A stretch of 64,000 nt of DNA, taken from Octopus sinensis (Eukaryota). Position numbers and translations under genes: made by a program. Where the stretch lies: assembly GCF_006345805.1 (NCBI RefSeq), contig NC_042999.1:28024001-28088000 (forward strand), in the 5' to 3' direction. Of the stretch, positions 11,449 through 25,163 are shown piece by piece; the stretch's first letter is position 1, and the number at the start of each line of letters is the position of its first letter. The notes beneath the pieces were generated by a model. The model did no database searches. It was given only the letters and a program-made list of their open reading frames with translations, and had not been told where the DNA came from.

Positions 11449-11812
11449 AACCTAATTTTTTTTTTGTCAAGTAGTTTAATAGTTGTGGTGATTGTCTAGG
11501 CTTACGTCATTCGTGATCCAGTTGTTCCGTGGCACAAACGTAGTCGACCGATGAGGTAGGATTCAAACACTCCATGCCAACGCCACTTACCCTTCTATAT
11601 CTCATACTTTAGATATATAAGTGCTCATTTTCCAGACATGAATATCTCTCATGTTTAGACATGTATGTGTTTCATATTTTAGATATGTATCAATCACATA
11701 TTTTAGACATCTACGAACATTTATTTTAGAAAAAGTCTTTCTTGTATTTTCAACATGCATGTGCTAATATTTTAGACATCAATGTGCTTCATATTTTAGA
11801 TATGTATATATA

Positions 11813-12007
11813 CTCTCTTTTACTTGTTTCAGTCATTTGACTGCGGCCATGCTGGAGCACCGCCTTTAGTCGAGCAGCTCGACCCCGGAACTTATTCTTT
11901 GTGAGCCCAGTACTTATTCTATCGGTCTCTTTTGCCGAACCGCTAAGTGACGGGGACATAAACACAACAGCATCCGTTGTCAAGCCATGCTAGGGGGACA
12001 AACACAG

Positions 12008-12058
<51 letters not shown>

Positions 12059-12197
12059 CATATATACGGCGGCTTCTTTCAGTTTCCGTCTACCAAATCC
12101 ACTCACAAGCCTTTGGTCGGCCCGAGGCTATAGTAGAAGACTGAACTCGGAACCATGTGGTTGGTAAGCTAGCTACTTACCACATAGCCACTCCTGC
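11813..12197 (-). mobile_element. SINE family A, near full length
   Basis: Head gcaggagtggctatgtggtaagtagc; tail gctccagcatggccgcagtcaaatgactgaaacaagtaaaaga. Confidence 0.88.
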
Positions 12198-12563
12198 GCC
12201 TGTTCATATTTTAACCATTCATATGCTCATATTTTAGACATCACGTATCTCGTATTTTAAACGTAAATGTGTTCCATGTCTTAGACTTTTATGATTTCAA
12301 TATTCTAGACACCAATAAATTTAAATATAAAAATATAATAGCCACACGTTTGAAACCAGTGTATATTGCAATACTGTAACATCTGAAATAATTGTGTGCG
12401 GAGTCTAAATGTTGTAAATAAAGTTTATAAAGTGACGATATTCAGACGATATGACAAAAATACAAGGAATTAAATTGTGATAAAATATTGAAGTATAATC
12501 TGAGTTCAGAAAGAAATTTAAGTTATTATAAAGTATAAATTACTGTATTAAATGTAGAAGTTT

Positions 12564-12700
12564 AAGGCGGCGATCTGGCAGAATCGTTAGCATGCCGGGT
12601 AAAAATTCTAGCAGCATTTCTTCCCGCTCTGCATTGTGAGCTCAAATTTCGCCCGGATTGGCTTTGCCGTTCGATAAAATAAATACCAGTCAAGTACTGG
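12564..12700 (+). mobile_element. SINE family B, degenerate
   Basis: aaggcggcgatctggcagaatcgttagc...ctcaaatttcgcc...gataaaataaataccag. Confidence 0.7.
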
Positions 12701-12774
12701 AGTTTGACCGTCTTAAGGTATAGACATATCGGGGCCTCTACGATCCCAATACTGATCTCTCTCTCTCTCTCTCT

Positions 12775-13067
12775 CGTGACCGACCAGACCATCAGATGTT
12801 GTTACACATCGCTGGTCACAATGCGTTCGCATTGTTTTCGCCTTCGAATGACGCCACCCCGCTGGCTAAGCGAGCAGGCCAACAGAAGAAAGAGTGGGAG
12901 AAAGAGTGGTGAAAGAGTACAGCAGGGATCACTACCCCCTGGCGGAGCCTCGTAGAGCTTTTAGGTGTTTTCGCTCAATAAACACACACAACGCCCGGTC
13001 TGGGAATCGAAACCGCGATCCTGCGACCGCGAGTCCGCTGCCCTAACCACTAGGCCATTGCGCCTCC
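12775..13067 (-). mobile_element. tRNA-derived SINE family C (tail type 1)
   Basis: Head ggaggcgcaatggcctagtggttagggcagcggactcgcggtcgcaggatcgcggtttcgattcc with A-box and B-box. Confidence 0.88.
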
Positions 13068-13112
13068 ACACACACCACACACAACACACACCACACCACT
13101 ATTATATATACC

Positions 13113-13194
<82 letters not shown>

Positions 13195-13208
13195 AACACA
13201 CACACCAC

Positions 13209-13283
<75 letters not shown>

Positions 13284-14006
13284 GTTTGCTGTCAATAAGT
13301 AAATAACAGGGAATTTTCGTTGATTTATCCTGATCGGAGTACAAACACAGACATACACACACGCAAATATACGCATATATATACGACAGTCGTCTTTCAG
13401 TTTCCGTGTACGAAATCCACTGGCAAGGGTTTGGTCGGCGTGAAGAGACTACGAAGAGAACTACGGCATGACCTTTAAAAGACATATAGAGGACACATGG
13501 AAAAGATACCTATGATACTGTTTAGACACCTCTGACTGGGATCGATGTTATAGACTTGCCCTCTCCCCTCAAAACTGTTGGTATTGTGCTAAAATTAAGA
13601 AGAATTAAATATGGAAGCTTGTTTTTGTTTAGCGTTGGTGTTGGGAATTCGCAAAGTTCGTGGGTATGGTGAATGAAAATAAAATAAAATAAACTAGAGG
13701 AAGATTAATAAGGTAACAACATCTGAAAACGTTACCAGTGTTTTGTTTCAATCCCGAACTCTACTACAGAATAATAACTATAGTATTTTAACCAGCATAC
13801 TGTATACAGACTTGTAAACACGTTGTGTTTATAAGCAGTATCTTCGTGAAATGGAGTGTACGATGGAAACAGAATAATGTCAATACACCGATAAGTTGAT
13901 TATCAAAACTAGCTGCCAAAAATGTGATATGTGTAATAATTAATGTAACCAGTTTACATGTGTTCTTTATAAATAGCAGGTTTATAAACAATGTGTCTGG
14001 ACTTTC

Positions 14007-14047
14007 TTACTGACGAAATCCCAACGGATTGAAACTGCTCCGTCTAA
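14007..14047 (+). ncRNA. Minimal type I hammerhead ribozyme motif (canonical core)
   Basis: TTA CTGACGA AATCC-caac-GGATT GAAA CTGCTCCGT C TAA. Canonical core, 5-bp stem II, GTC triplet. Stem I is only 3 bp and stem III has one mismatch. Confidence 0.7.
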
Positions 14048-14261
14048 TTTTGTTTTCTCTTTCTTTTTTCATCCACAAAGATATTACATATAAAGCAAGC
14101 CATTTATACATAACACTGTGTAACATGATTTTTGTTCTTGCGTAGCAACTGTTATTTCCTATTTGCTTACTCATAGAAAGTACGAAAATTGGCTAATATT
14201 GCCTTCAAACATTGCTTTTGTTACATTTATTCAAACCCAAAGAGTCTCTCTGAATACAAGG

Positions 14262-14385
14262 TTATGACGTTTCTCCACTACTCCCGCTCATGATCAGAGA
14301 TGTACCTATAGTCAGTCACTAAGGGACATGCTCAAATGGTTAAGGTCAAACAGCTACCAAGCAAGACTGTGGTATTGAGTAGAAT
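14262..14385 (-). repeat. Fragment of the ~520-bp interspersed repeat seen at 22102 and 43428
   Basis: Reverse complement matches agcaaatattctgctcaataccacaga...ttgagcatgtccctta...ctctgatca. Confidence 0.7.
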
Positions 14386-14728
14386 ATTTGCTAAAACGAT
14401 ATTTCTGCTTCAGCAACTCAGCGATGAAGCTGTCTGAAATGTAATGGAAAATAGATCAGTTTCAAAACATTGATGCTCAGATCACCAAAGCAAATTTTGA
14501 AGGGAATAGTAGTATTTGTTTTTGATTTCTATTTAGAAGCAAATAGGATATAACACTTACTGACCATAGAAGAGGAAGAAGAAAAAAGAACTAGAGTATT
14601 AAAAAGGGCACCTTGCTTCATGAACCCTTCAGGCTATATTTTATGAATGAACGCAACGTTATATTATCAATCCAAAGTTATAAATGCTAATACCTTGACT
14701 ATTGCTGTTAATGATCCTTTATTATAAA

Positions 14729-15275
14729 CTAGCAGAGATACCCGGAGTTGTTCGGGATTAAAACGGCATAGGTTTTTTAATTCTTTTACGTATTTCAGTC
14801 ATGTGACTTTGACCATGCTGGAGCACCGCTGGAGACTTCGTTTTAACTTTATTCAACTGATATATATATAAGATATATACATATACACACACATACACAC
14901 ACACACACATATATATATATATACACACATATATACATATACATACATATAAATATTTATATACATACATATACATATGTGTGTATATATATACACACAC
15001 ACACACACACACCACACATATATATATACATATATATATACTTTATTAAAAAGCAGCAAAAAATATCACAAAAACTGTTACTCAGAGTTTCACGTTCCCG
15101 TTCGTCGGACAGATTTGTTTAGAAAACTGTCCGACGAACTGGAGCGTGAAACTCTGAGTAACAGTTTTTGTGATATTTTTTGCTGCTTTTTAGTAAAGCA
15201 TATTACTCTACCTCTGGTGTTCGAGTACTATTTTTTCCACCTTGTTTTGCAGTTATGTGTTTACTCTGGTATAAC

Positions 15276-15318
<43 letters not shown>

Positions 15319-15374
15319 CATATATGCATACATACACACATATATATATACATATATACATACATACATACCAC

Positions 15375-15406
<32 letters not shown>

Positions 15407-15583
15407 ATAATATATATATATATATATCATATAATACATATATTTATATATACACACATACATACATGCATAAATATACATACAAACACACACATATACT
15501 CATGAAACTACATCAGGTTCGGTAAAGAAAAGGTGATCACGTACTTACCTTGTCGCTGTTGTGATTACAAACAGACAAAGAAT

Positions 15584-15644
<61 letters not shown>

Positions 15645-16098
15645 GAAATATATTAAATATTAATTTAATGGTTAATATGTAACTGTAAATACCTTGCAAC
15701 GTTGCAACTGCTACGATAATTATTAACTGGTTATTGAACAGTAAATATGTAAAATAAGATGTTCTTAGTGTTATCACATTTGAATTAAAAGTGAAAGAAT
15801 AAAAGTGAAGCAATATTAAAGTTAGAATTAAAAGTAAAAGCTTAAAAGTGAAACAATATTATATCACATTACAATATAGATGTTATTGTTTCACTTTTGA
15901 CATATAATAGAGAGCCAGTCTAAGAGATTGCTCCGGGTCCGCATTAGGCAAGAAGTTGAAAATGTTTTTGCCCGTGACACTCCATGTAATGCATGGGTGA
16001 AATTTGAATGAAATAGGTTGGATAGTTTTCGAGATTTAGGGATTCACACATACATACAGATAGACGGACGCACATTTTTAGTTTTATATATATATAGA
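14729..16098 (-). mobile_element. Putative non-autonomous Helitron (5' end 16098, 3' end 14729), interrupted
   Basis: Minus strand 5' A|TCTATATATATATAAAAC followed by a gtcy-type microsatellite. 3' hairpin cccgaacaactccggg + CTAG|T. That both ends belong to one element is inferred. Confidence 0.5.
15041..15198. mobile_element. 158-bp palindrome with two outward-facing hammerhead-like motifs
   Basis: Arms 15041-15112 and 15127-15198. Plus strand: AAAACTGT CCGACGA ACT-GGAG-CGT GAAA CTC-T-GAGT A ACAGTTTT. The minus-strand copy has an intact stem II, ACG-GGAA-CGT. Confidence 0.8.
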
Positions 16099-16128
16099 TA
16101 TGATCAAACTGCATGATATATATAATAT

Positions 16129-16167
<39 letters not shown>

Positions 16168-16170
<3 letters not shown>

Positions 16171-16406
16171 CTTCTCCCTAGCTCTCCTCTGTAACCCGTC
16201 TGTCCGGCATTCGCCATGATAGATCGCTAGCCACTACACATTCTTTATTTTCTCTCCTTGTTTCTTTCTGTGTTCCTTTTTGTGGAAGAGCGTAGGCTCG
16301 AAACGTTAAAGACCTTTTCACTTCCCGAGCGTTATACTGATACATCTGTTTGTTGTCTACAACACCACCTGTCCTTTGTTTTTGTGAATTCTCCCTATAT
16401 ATATAT
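16168..16406 (+). mobile_element. Penelope-like pLTR fragment with decayed hammerhead-like motif (16276-16311)
   Basis: gaagagc-gtag-gctc-gaaacgtt-aaag. Same family at 21679 and 22901. Flanked by (TA)n. Confidence 0.5.
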
Positions 16407-16424
16407 AATGATGGTGGTGGTGTT

Positions 16425-16736
16425 GATGTTAATAATGATGATAATGGTGGTGGTGATGATGATGTTGATGGCGACGGTAACGATGACGGCGACGACGATG
16501 ACGATGATGATGATGGTAACGGTCATGACGATGACGATGATGATGATGATGATCATCACCAACGTCATCGTCATCGTCTTCGTCATTGCCATTGTTGTGT
16601 CAGCGCAAGATTTTTTGTGCATGCAGGTTAATAAATACCTTTAATTCCAACAGCATGTTTTCAGTACAATTTTCTTTCGTTTGTACATGTGCGTGTGCAT
16701 AGGTGTATACGCACACCTGCATATAAAAGCATACAT

Positions 16737-16770
<34 letters not shown>

Positions 16771-17003
16771 CTACCACCTACACACAGACACAGACACAGA
16801 CACGCTAGCCTGATTGAAATCATATTTGTAATAAAGGAACATAACCAACAATCGTAATGGCATCAGTATTAATAACTGTGGATTTGTAATACAGCATTGT
16901 TTTTAACCATAAAATATAATAAGATACGCCAGTGTTTCACGAAGCAACGTGCTCTCTTTAGATATTAGTTGAATGTTTTGGTGATGGCGAGGATGCTGCT
17001 GCC

Positions 17004-17053
<50 letters not shown>

Positions 17054-17208
17054 CTATCATCAAACTATATACTTTGTCTTGGAAATGTTCTTGAAAACAA
17101 CTAAAAACAAAAGGATATCGTGGGTTTGATGTTGTGTGAATGGATTATGAGTGACATAGATGGATAGATAAGAGTGAAAGAGAGAGGGTGAAAGAAAGAA
17201 AGAAAGAG

Positions 17209-17251
<43 letters not shown>

Positions 17252-17601
17252 TAGATAGAAAGGGAGTGATAGGGAGGGAGGAAGGAAGGAGGAAATGTGA
17301 AGTTGTTTTTGGTTCGGATTGGAATTTCCTCATTTATCTCAGAGTAAACAATTTGTCTCCTGAACAGACAGAATGGCTTAGAGTGGGGAACATAAACAAG
17401 AACAAGAACAAGAACACGAATAAGAACACGAACAGGAACAACAACAACAGCAGCAGAAGCAGCAGTAGCAACAACAACAACAACAACAACACAACAACAA
17501 CAACACAACAGCAACAACACAACAACAAAAACAAAAACAGCTGCAGCAACGACAAAAACAACAACCACAAAAACAACAGTATAACCACCACCACCACCAC
17601 C

Positions 17602-17633
<32 letters not shown>

Positions 17634-18560
17634 CAGCAGCAGTAGCAGCAATCACAGCAGCAGCATTTGCATAACAAATGTGTACCACATCAGTAAAACA
17701 ACGTTTATAACAGTATCAACAGAAACAAAATTATCGGTAGTAACTACAACGACTACATTGACAACACCAAGAACATCAACAACAATAGCAAGAACAACAG
17801 CTGCAGCAGCAACACCAAAAGCAACAGCAACCACAATAGAAACAGCTGTAACGCGAATTAAAGATCTGTTAGAAATAGTAGCCAAATACCTCATATAACT
17901 CCTCAACAGTCTTTAAAAAATAAAAAAATAATGAAAACAAAATAAATGAAGAATGAGATCACAGAGACACTGTGAATAAAAGACAAAAATTTCACGGCTG
18001 GAGTGTCTGTTTCAATGAAGTTGACTTCAGACAAAAGAAGAAGGATAACAACAACATCAACAGTAGTAGTACTGAAAACAAACTATCAATTATCCTCCTC
18101 TTGCTCCTCTTGCTCCTCTTCCTCATCTACCTCCTTTCCTTCCTCCCCTTCCTCCTCATCTTCCTCCTCCTCTTCCTCCTCATCTACCTCCTTTCCTTCC
18201 TCCCCTTCCTCCTCATCTTCCTCCTCCCCTTCCTCCTCATCTTCCTCCTCATCTTCCTCCTCATCTACCTACTTTCGTTCCTCCCCTTCCTCCTTATCTT
18301 CCTCATCTTCCTCCTCTTCCACCTCATCTCTTCCTCATCTTCGTCCCCTATCTCCCCCTCCTCTCCTCCCCTCCCCCTCCTCCCCCTCCTCTTCCACTTC
18401 ATCTCTTCCTCATCTTGGCCCCCCCCCATCCTCCCCTCACATCCCCTCCTCCTCTTCCTCCTCCTCTTTCTCCTCCTTTTCCTCCTCGTCGTCATCATCA
18501 TCATCATAACCACAGAAACAGAATCAACATCTACAAAATGACGAGGACGACGACAACAAG
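16425..18560. repeat. Simple-repeat field: (GAT)n, (GA)n, (AAC/CAC)n, (TCC)n
   Basis: Directly visible di- and trinucleotide tracts. The ORFs here are low-complexity artefacts. Confidence 0.9.
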
Positions 18561-18805
18561 AGGAACAGCAATAACAACGATACGTCATTAAGTTGTACGT
18601 AAGAAAGAAGACTGACACCAATCAGTTATACGCATACGCAGGCTCAGGTACACATATCACTACACACGCACATACACACCCATATACATATACACATATT
18701 TTAATAACATATGTCTACACAAACATGTATTTAATTTATGTGTTGTTGTGTGTATATATATATAGACTTACACAAGATGCATATTCCATTATACATGTAT
18801 GTGTA

Positions 18806-18837
<32 letters not shown>

Positions 18838-19129
18838 TGTATATCTAATATATCCCCATCTATACATACATACACACAGGTGAACACACATATATGGATT
18901 CAGGATGTGTGTTTTATATATATATAATAATAATATATAATGTATATATATTTATATACATTTAACATAATATACAACATATTAAATAATAAAAAAAGAC
19001 ATGAATATATAATATACATATATATTACCATATATTACATTAAACATAGTATAAGATTATCTGTATATATATGAACGTATATATGTAATATAACATATAT
19101 ACACACGCTTGTAACACACATTGTGTATA

Positions 19130-19170
<41 letters not shown>

Positions 19171-19522
19171 ACACGTTGGCGTATAAATATACATACATAT
19201 ATCTAAACTTATATACATATATGCATATAAATACTCGCATATACATATAAACAACATAACTGAAAGCTATTATATAGAAAATATCTTACAAACAAAAGTA
19301 ATCCAAGAGAAAAAAAAACTAAAAAAAACCCCAAAAATCCTCAAAATACTTCACTTCTCCCAACCCATATCACTACACCCATCTCACGCGCATTCCAACA
19401 CACTCCCAATAACAACAGCAAAAGCAGCAGCAAAAACAATAACTTCATACGCAATAAATAGAATAATATGTCTAAGTATAAATATATCTACATGTAGGTA
19501 AATGTGTGCGTGTGTGTGTATG

Positions 19523-19572
<50 letters not shown>

Positions 19573-19743
19573 GCGCATGTATATATTTATATGTAGACAC
19601 ATACATATATACATTCGTATATATATATACATAAATACACTTTTGCGCGAGGAGCTTTCATGAAGAGGAGGGCTGCTGTCAATCTTGAAAATAATGGTCG
19701 ATGGAACGAGAAAGATGGAGAGATATTTTGTAGAGCGAGAGCG

Positions 19744-19817
<74 letters not shown>

Positions 19818-20444
19818 TGAAGAAAGTGGTAGGAATGGCTTCAGTCAAGTTTCAATATGATAAAGAAGGCAGCAAAAAAAAAAAAAAAAAAAACAAGAAA
19901 AACACAAACAGCTATAAGTAACGACGTCCATTTAAAATTTCTAGACTCGGATTAAGTTGTCAGAAAGAATCCAAGAGAATATTTATGTCAGATCCTCCAA
20001 GAACGTTTTAGACTGTGTGACTATGTGTATTTGTCTGTATGTTTATTTGTTACTGTGGAAGCTGCATTGGATATGAGTTGGTCGTCGCTAATATATATTT
20101 AAAGTCCGATCGATTATATATGCTATTTGAAGTTGAAAGAAGTCAAGTGAAGCCAATTGAAGCTTTAATAATGTCCGAGTTGTATGAAATGAATACGTAA
20201 ACATATATACATACACACGTAGATACACTGATGTTTTGGATGTATCCGCGTATAAAAAGTTGTATCTATATGTATATAGATATCAGCAAGTAACCACACA
20301 GAAGAGAAAAATAAACATAATCAAAACTCAGAGTTGGGCGGGTACATTCAGCTTTGAATAACTGAATACATGCATGGGCACACACACAGATACACGCATA
20401 TACTTAACATATTTGAGTATGCATACATTCACGTATATATATAG

Positions 20445-20750
20445 AGGATGAGGTTGAAAAATCTTACATATTCCACACGGCCAAACGTGGAGAGTCACCG
20501 CTTAGTGCTACCAGTAATTAAATGATGGCAGGAATATCCTAAGAGAGACAATATCTCTTATTGGCTCGCATCGGGATCTATCCGGTTTCTGTGATTGAGG
20601 AAGGGATAACCACTCCAAAATGCTTGCATCTCACAGCCTGGTAAGACCGTATTGCAAGCTGGTTTTCGCATATTTCCACCATTTGTCTAAATCGAGAAAT
20701 TTTCTCTATGACAAAACATAGTGAGTGGGTTTCTTACGGGTTCGAATATG
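20445..20750 (+). mobile_element. Possible degenerate mariner-like fragment
   Basis: Starts with TA-gaggatgaggttgaaaa and contains an ...agtgagtgggtttc... segment reminiscent of the mariner RWVP region. No intact ORF. Confidence 0.25.
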
Positions 20751-21099
20751 CTCCTAGCATATTTGAACTGGTAAATAAGTGTATTTTAAACATTTACGAG
20801 TTTTTTGAAATTTAAGTGCATTTTCAGCAACACATTTTCCTATATATTTTTTCCTGTGTGGAAACACCACTCCCTCTTTTCTAACGCCATTACTTCCGGC
20901 TTGGCATCTCAACAACAAACATGCAATAGTGAGAAATGGCAATGTATAATATATTCAATTAATTATTCTGCAAAGAGATCTATTCTAGCGGCGTTCCATA
21001 AATTTGGCGCTCTCTTGGGTTTCGTTATGTTTTCAACACTATTTCTTCTGCATATTAAACATCTCGCTTTCAGTTCTAATCCCGTACATTAATATACAG

Positions 21100-21720
21100 A
21101 TCATGAACCATTTCACTACTCTATTCCATTTCCTAAAACGCGCATTATCCATATTCAAATTCACATAACACTTGGATCATTTCCATGAGCGGGGATCTTT
21201 TAAATATCCTTCAAGATTTTAAAAAAACATTCTTAAGTGAAGACATGGCAACCTGGACTTCTACAAAAACACAGAAACTCATTTAGTACTTTATCCTTAC
21301 AGGCGAAAAATTTATAAACTTTGAAACAACGAGGAATAATTCCTTTTTGGAACAGTAAAACTTGAAGCAAATAAAACTGTAAGAATAAAGTATCTAAAAT
21401 GGATAGAGAATTTCGAAGAAATGCTTTGGCTAATAGCAGAACATGTAACATATTTACAGATGTAGTTTCGAATCCTAAGGGCCGACTTCCACTTTTTCTG
21501 TCCAAAATGTGTCTTTACTCAATATTTATATCCCAATATTTGTCTCACTTTCATCCAACGCCTCTTTATTATTATCTTCCTTTCATTCAACCTCTTCTTT
21601 TCCATTCATTCGTCATGCTGGGCCTCTGAACTCAACATGTTTTGTTTTCATTCTCTGTCTATTTATTCCCTCTTATTCCTTTCTGTCGAGAGCGTAGGCT
21701 CGAAACGTAAAAAAACTTTT
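21100..21720 (+). mobile_element. Decayed Penelope-like element 3' part (GIY-YIG remnant + pLTR hammerhead-like motif)
   Basis: Remnant TKTQKLI*YFILTGEKFINFET resembles the GIY-YIG N(L)IY...YIGET pattern. Ends with cttt CTGTCGA GAGC-gtag-GCTC GAAACGT A aaaa (21679-21712) on the same strand. Confidence 0.4.
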
Positions 21721-22101
21721 CCATTACAGTCAATTCAAGGATGTCAGGTCCTCATTAATGATTAAATAATCCAAAATTTTCACTGGTTAATCATTATTAT
21801 ACAAGAAGAAACTCTTGGCGATATGTTAGGTATTATTATAGTAATATATATTGTTAATAATGATGAAAGGAAGAAAATGGAGAATTATGGATGTATAAAT
21901 AATTTATTTGTATGATATAATGAGGTTGTAAGTTTTTTTTATAAAAACAATACAAACAAGTTATGAACTATAAAGCTAAATATCTATAATCCTCCATGTT
22001 CTTCCTTTCATCATTATATATATATATATATACACCCATGTTTCCACCCATGATAATAATAATAATAGTAATAGTAATAATAATAATAATAATTATAACA
22101 A

Positions 22102-22619
22102 TCTGATCTTAACTGATTGGAAGTGTTATCATGTACATTGTTTTGTCTTGGTATAAAAGATGGGCTACAGCAAATATTCTGCTCAATACCACAGATTTGC
22201 TTGTCAGTTGTTTGACCTTAACCAGTTGAGCATGTCCCTTAGAGGCTGACGATATGTGCATCTCTGATCACGAGCAGAAGTAGTTGGGGAGCATCATGGC
22301 CATGTGTTGGGGGGGATTCTTTGGGGTTTGAATAATTCACCTCTGGAAACATGGGTGGTTCTTTCAACATCCTTAAACAACCCTTATTCATAGACCGTTT
22401 GAGCGGGATGGGCTACTCAACCTGAAGAAAATTCTAACTGGGCCCCACCTGCAAGGTCATGTGCTGTTTATCTTGATATGAGATCACCATGTCGCGCACA
22501 TATGGTTGTGATGCATGTGCCTGGTGTACCCTTATCAGACGGGTAGTCATGATGGGTATATTGGGCTTCGTATATTTTACCCCAGTGTCACTTTGATGGC
22601 ATGCACTGCTCTCTCACTC

Positions 22620-22621
<2 letters not shown>
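22102..22621 (+). repeat. ~520-bp interspersed repeat in (AAT)n, probably a retroelement tail or SINE
   Basis: Highly similar copy at 43428-43930. Both end ...ctctcactcaataataat. Confidence 0.85.
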
Positions 22622-22672
<51 letters not shown>

Positions 22673-22732
22673 TAATTAATGACAACAAAAGAATGAGACC
22701 TCAATATTAGGTAAATAGAGGATTATTTATAT

Positions 22733-22880
22733 ATGTATAATTTAGGATAAACAGTAAGTTGTCATTATAGTACTCGGAGTTTCGAATGTCGGAGCCGAAG
22801 AGAATGCATCGTAGCTCTTCGCTCCGACATTCGAAACTCCGAGTACTCTAATGACGACTTACTGTTTGTCCGAAATTATA
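22733..22880. mobile_element. ~150-bp palindrome containing a hammerhead-like fold (22791-22849)
   Basis: Arms tataatttaggataaacagtaag...gaatgtcggagc / gctccgacattc...cttactgtttgtccgaaattata. Plus strand: GGAG CCGAAGA GAATG-(21 nt)-CATTC GAAA CTC-C-GAGT A CTCT. Confidence 0.7.
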
Positions 22881-23483
22881 TATATATATTTTTCTGTGTT
22901 CCTTTGTGTTGAAGAGCGTAAGCTCGAAAAATACATCTGTTTGTTGTTTATACACCCGTCTTCGTCTTTTGTATTTTTTGTAAATTCTCACTATATATAA
23001 ATGGATGAATGAATTATCCTTTGTTTACCGTTAACATGTAAATTTCAATAAACAGTTACCAGGGTAGCAAAATTCACGCAAGTAACACGGATGAAGTGAC
23101 CTATTCTAAGGTAAAAGCTCTGGGTTAATGTACAGTAATTTGTGTAGTATAAGTAAATATTTGTTCAACCAACGTATCCCTCTTTATTTGTTCTCTACTT
23201 ATTATTTCTTTAACCCTTCTCTTTCTAGTATCTGCTTTTGACGTCGAATCTACTAACGGTTTTAAAAAAATACTTAATAACGTTCTGTTTATCATGTTGG
23301 CAGTCTTCGTAATTGTTATACTGTCTTGTTGTTGGATAGGCTCACTTTCTTTACTGATGAGAATATTGCATTTTACACCGTTTATTCCTTTGGAATAAAA
23401 CCAATGTTGTCTTCGAAACATATGTCGAAAGTAAAAGAATTTTAATTACATCTTAGTTTAACTCCATTTATTTACTTATATAT

Positions 23484-23560
<77 letters not shown>

Positions 23561-23609
23561 ATGTATGTATGTATGTATGTATGTATGTATGTATGTATGT
23601 ATGTATGTA

Positions 23610-23643
<34 letters not shown>

Positions 23644-24464
23644 AATATAAATATATATATATACGTATGTATGCATGCATGAATACACGCAGACATAGAT
23701 AAACATAGATAATGTTAATTGGTGGCTGTTTACCTCGAAGTTTTGCAGTTAAACAGCTTCTTTCGAGCGAAACTTCTAAGTCAACAATCACTTTCAGTAT
23801 TAAATATTATTTAGATTCTATGAACAGTATTTTAGTCATTCATTCTGTGCATGTCTTTCAATCACACAAACCTGTGAAACACACGCAAGCACACACACAC
23901 ATACACTCACACAAACAAAGAAATATAATATTTAGCCAGTTCATTTAGCTCATTTCCTCCTCTGGACAAAGCATCCATTTGATGTGCAAGCAAAATATAA
24001 ATTACGGCGAACGGTTGTTGTGACCAACAAAGACGTCTGCCAAGTGAAAACCGTGAGAATTACATTCATCAGCACAAAAGACGAAACATTGACCGAAGTA
24101 GTTTTCGTTTCTTCGGACACTTGCAAACCTATTAACGTCCAACACATTTAAATACTTATTTCCTCTCTACTCCGCTCTCTCTCTCTCTTTTTTTAAAATT
24201 CTTTCAGAGAATAAAACCAAAAACTGATATAGTTTTGTTTGGTTTCCACGTAGGATGGTATCGATTAGGTCTGACTAAGTTAATAATGCTTCAACCAACT
24301 AAGCAAATTAAAAAATAAAGAAAACACACAATATTTATCCAGGTGATCGATGTGATGTGTAGCGGGAACAGGAAAATAGAGTCATATCTTAAAATAACAC
24401 TATAAAGATGCCTTCACTTTTAAAAATGTTGTCAATGGAGTGTTGCAACATCAACAATAGCAAC

Positions 24465-25125
24465 AATACATAATACATACATACATACCTGCATACATAC
24501 AGACATACATACATACATACATACATACATACATACATACATACATACATACATACATACATACATACATACAGACATACATACATACATACATACATGC
24601 ATACATACATACATACATACCTGCATACATACATACATAATACATACATACATACATCCATCCATCCATACATCCATCCATCCATCCATCCATACATACA
24701 TACATAATACATACATCCATCCATCTATCCATCCATCCATACATACATACATTCATACATACATACATGCATACATACATACATACATACATACATACAT
24801 ACATACATACATACATCCATCCATCCCTCCATACATACATACATACATACATACATACATGCATACATACATACATACAGACATACATACATGCATACAT
24901 CCATCCATCCATCCATCCATCCATCCATCCATCCATCCATCCATCCATACATACATCCATACATACATACATACATACATACATACATACATACATACAT
25001 AAATACATCCATCCATCCATCCATCCATCCATCCATCCATCCATACATACATACATACATACATACATACATACATACATACATACATACATACATACAT
25101 ACATACATGCATACATACATACATT
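24465..25125. repeat. (CATA)n/(CATC)n compound microsatellite
   Basis: Directly visible. Confidence 0.95.
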
Positions 25126-25163
25126 ATGTGTTTATAAAACATACACACACATATGTATGTATA

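Noticed and set aside
16258-18621. Long ORFs with poly-N/T/L/S/V tracts
   Set aside because: Translations of microsatellites; the same holds for ORFs at 24.4-25.3, 38.9-40.6, 50.3-51.0 and 62.2-63.1 kb.
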